Assembly: GCA_000934665.2 (NCBI GenBank) | Contig: KZ537963.1 | Location: forward strand, 62,001-126,000 | DNA: 64,000 nt | DNA from: Catajapyx aquilonaris | Lineage: Eukaryota | Direction: 5' to 3' | Part shown: positions 63,525 to 64,000 of the stretch, piece by piece | Numbering within the stretch: position 1 is the stretch's first letter | Layout of the letters: every line of letters starts with the position of its first letter | The notes under the pieces: model-generated | The model's input: the letters and a program-made list of their open reading frames with translations, nothing else | Told to the model about the DNA's origin: nothing | Database searches by the model: none | Program-made: the position numbers and the translations under genes

Positions 63525-63836
63525 CTGGCAAAAAAAGATACGAAAAGCAAGGTTGTTAACAGGCAATTAGAAAATCGTTGCAAATATTACTTTGTAAGTG
63601 CAGTAAATTGCACATGCATATCTTGTGAGAACCTCTCAGTCAACTCGTCAAATACCACTGTAATGAAATTTTAATGTGCTCAAAAAGGTCACTATTTTTT
63701 GTGAGACAGTGTAAGTTGCAGGGACAATCCAAGGCAAATATTACAATAGGTTGTGTCAGGGACACAAGCCGCAGCTTTTGCCGGCTCAACATACACTACG
63801 TTTCACTTTTCTCAACTATATTGGCGGGGACATGCA

Positions 63837-64000
63837 GGCGTGGATAAGGCTTTAAAATCGGATCAGACGGCATGCAAGCAAACTCGAGCATTGCGGAAAA
63901 GCGCAGGTTATAGCATACTCGGTTATAATAGACTAACGCTTTTCTCACTCGAGTTTGCCTGCATGGCCCCTGATCCGATTTTAAAGACGTATCCACGTCC
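63837..64000. mobile_element. Fold-back MITE in a DDX5/17 intron, probably truncated by the window edge
   Basis: CGTGGATA..GCTTTAAAATCGGATCAG...GCAAACTCGAG (63837-63888) inverted against CTCGAGTTTGC...CTGATCCGATTTTAAAG..GTATCCACG (63948-64000). Confidence 0.75.

Overview
Eukaryotic genomic DNA, probably arthropod: spliceosomal GT-AG introns, interstitial (TTAGG)n tracts, and no prokaryotic gene structure. Two spliced protein-coding genes lie on the minus strand. (1) A near-complete TMCO4/DUF726 alpha/beta-hydrolase-like gene (about 30278-38732, 8-9 coding exons, about 627 aa). (2) The 3' part of a DDX5/DDX17 (p68/p72/Dbp2/Rm62) DEAD-box RNA helicase gene (about 53562-63524; its 5' end lies beyond the window). 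The rest is non-coding and holds many non-autonomous DNA transposons. These include a complete 2.0-kb Academ-type element (330-bp TIRs, TAC TSD, decayed transposase, nested MITE), a train of MITEs in a TMCO4 intron, and a CACT-ended element carrying a 22-bp minisatellite. Top leads: a possible autoregulatory module in the helicase gene (6.4-kb intron at the yeast-to-human conserved motif-V position, a candidate poison exon, fold-backs, several alternative terminal exons and a 31-bp hairpin), and recurrent TAGGCCTA words that look like TA-site insertions or excision footprints. Most short ORFs in the supplied track are spurious.
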